Shown: in pieces, positions 63,779 through 64,000 of the stretch
How positions within the stretch are numbered: the stretch's first letter is position 1
Layout: every line of letters starts with the position of its first letter
Assembly (NCBI GenBank): GCA_030835925.1
Contig: JAURQW010000016.1
Span: 4,731-68,730 of the forward strand
Reading direction: 5' to 3'
Length of the DNA stretch: 64,000 nucleotides
Source of the DNA: Gammaproteobacteria bacterium
Lineage (GTDB): Bacteria > Pseudomonadota > Gammaproteobacteria > GCA-002705445 > GCA-002716945
Notes under the pieces: generated by a model
Database searches by the model: none
The model's input: only the letters and a program-made list of their open reading frames with translations
What the model was told of the DNA's origin: nothing
Program-made: the position numbers and the translations under genes

Positions 63779-64000
63779 ATGAAGAAAATATCATCATTCA
63801 TACCTGTGCATGTTATCAATAAGACCGGCTTAATCAAAGAATTAAGTTGCTATATTTCTGATGTCTTTCCCAAAGATATTCTTAATACGATAGAGATTAA
63901 TAGCATCAAAGATAATGTCTTGATTATAGGCTGTAAAAATAGCAGTGTTGCGACAAAAATGAGATTTGAAAAACAAGTATACCTGGATATTCTAAAAGAT
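63779..64000 (+). CDS. DUF721 (DciA-like) protein, partial (C-terminus beyond window end)
   Basis: N-terminal 74 aa contain VLIIGCKNSSVATKMRFEKQVYLDIL, resembling the DUF721 core (L.V.V.SSAWA.ELRY....LL). Divergent from secA, as in pseudomonads. Confidence 0.4.
   Translation, partial: MKKISSFIPVHVINKTGLIKELSCYISDVFPKDILNTIEINSIKDNVLIIGCKNSSVATKMRFEKQVYLDILKD

Overview
This 64 kb window is a very gene-dense, low-GC (about 30% by eye) core chromosomal segment with gammaproteobacterial synteny. Almost every gene lies in a familiar conserved block: rnc-lepB-lepA; an rpoE-(anti-sigma)-HtrA-protease module divergent from nadB; dnaX-ybaB-recR; serS-ftsK with divergent trxB; hom-thrC; surE-pcm; scpA-scpB; trpS; leuA; pssA; ilvIH-ilvC; queC-queE; ruvC-yebC; nadA; aspS; an RND efflux pair; rluD-yfiH with divergent bamD; nadE; coaE-zapD converging on a mutT/thiE-like fusion; and argJ-secA. 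The orientation and order (rpoE-anti-sigma-MucD-like; secA-argJ-mutT/ThiE fusion; a divergent DUF721 gene) resemble Pseudomonas-type gammaproteobacteria more than enterics. Three tRNA genes are present: tRNA-Ser(GGA), tRNA-Ser(UGA) and tRNA-Lys(UUU), all on the minus strand. The main accessory-looking content is a sulfur-oxidation set: soxXYZA followed by an unannotated lipoprotein, a YeeE/YedE-family sulfur/thiosulfate transporter, a TusA-like protein and tandem monoheme c-type cytochromes. No soxB or soxCD is in the window. This suggests a streamlined sulfur-oxidizing gammaproteobacterium, but that is inference from gene content only. I found no CRISPR array, no IS element or integrase, no prophage and no recognisable defence system. 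The least explained locus is a small unknown-ferredoxin-bicupin cluster (11685-13140) between tRNA-Ser(GGA) and dnaX. Other points worth checking are a candidate dnaX -1 frameshift site, a tiny membrane ORF translationally coupled to thrC, a convergent transporter pair bracketed by two tRNA-Ser genes, and systematic stop-codon overlaps of convergent genes.
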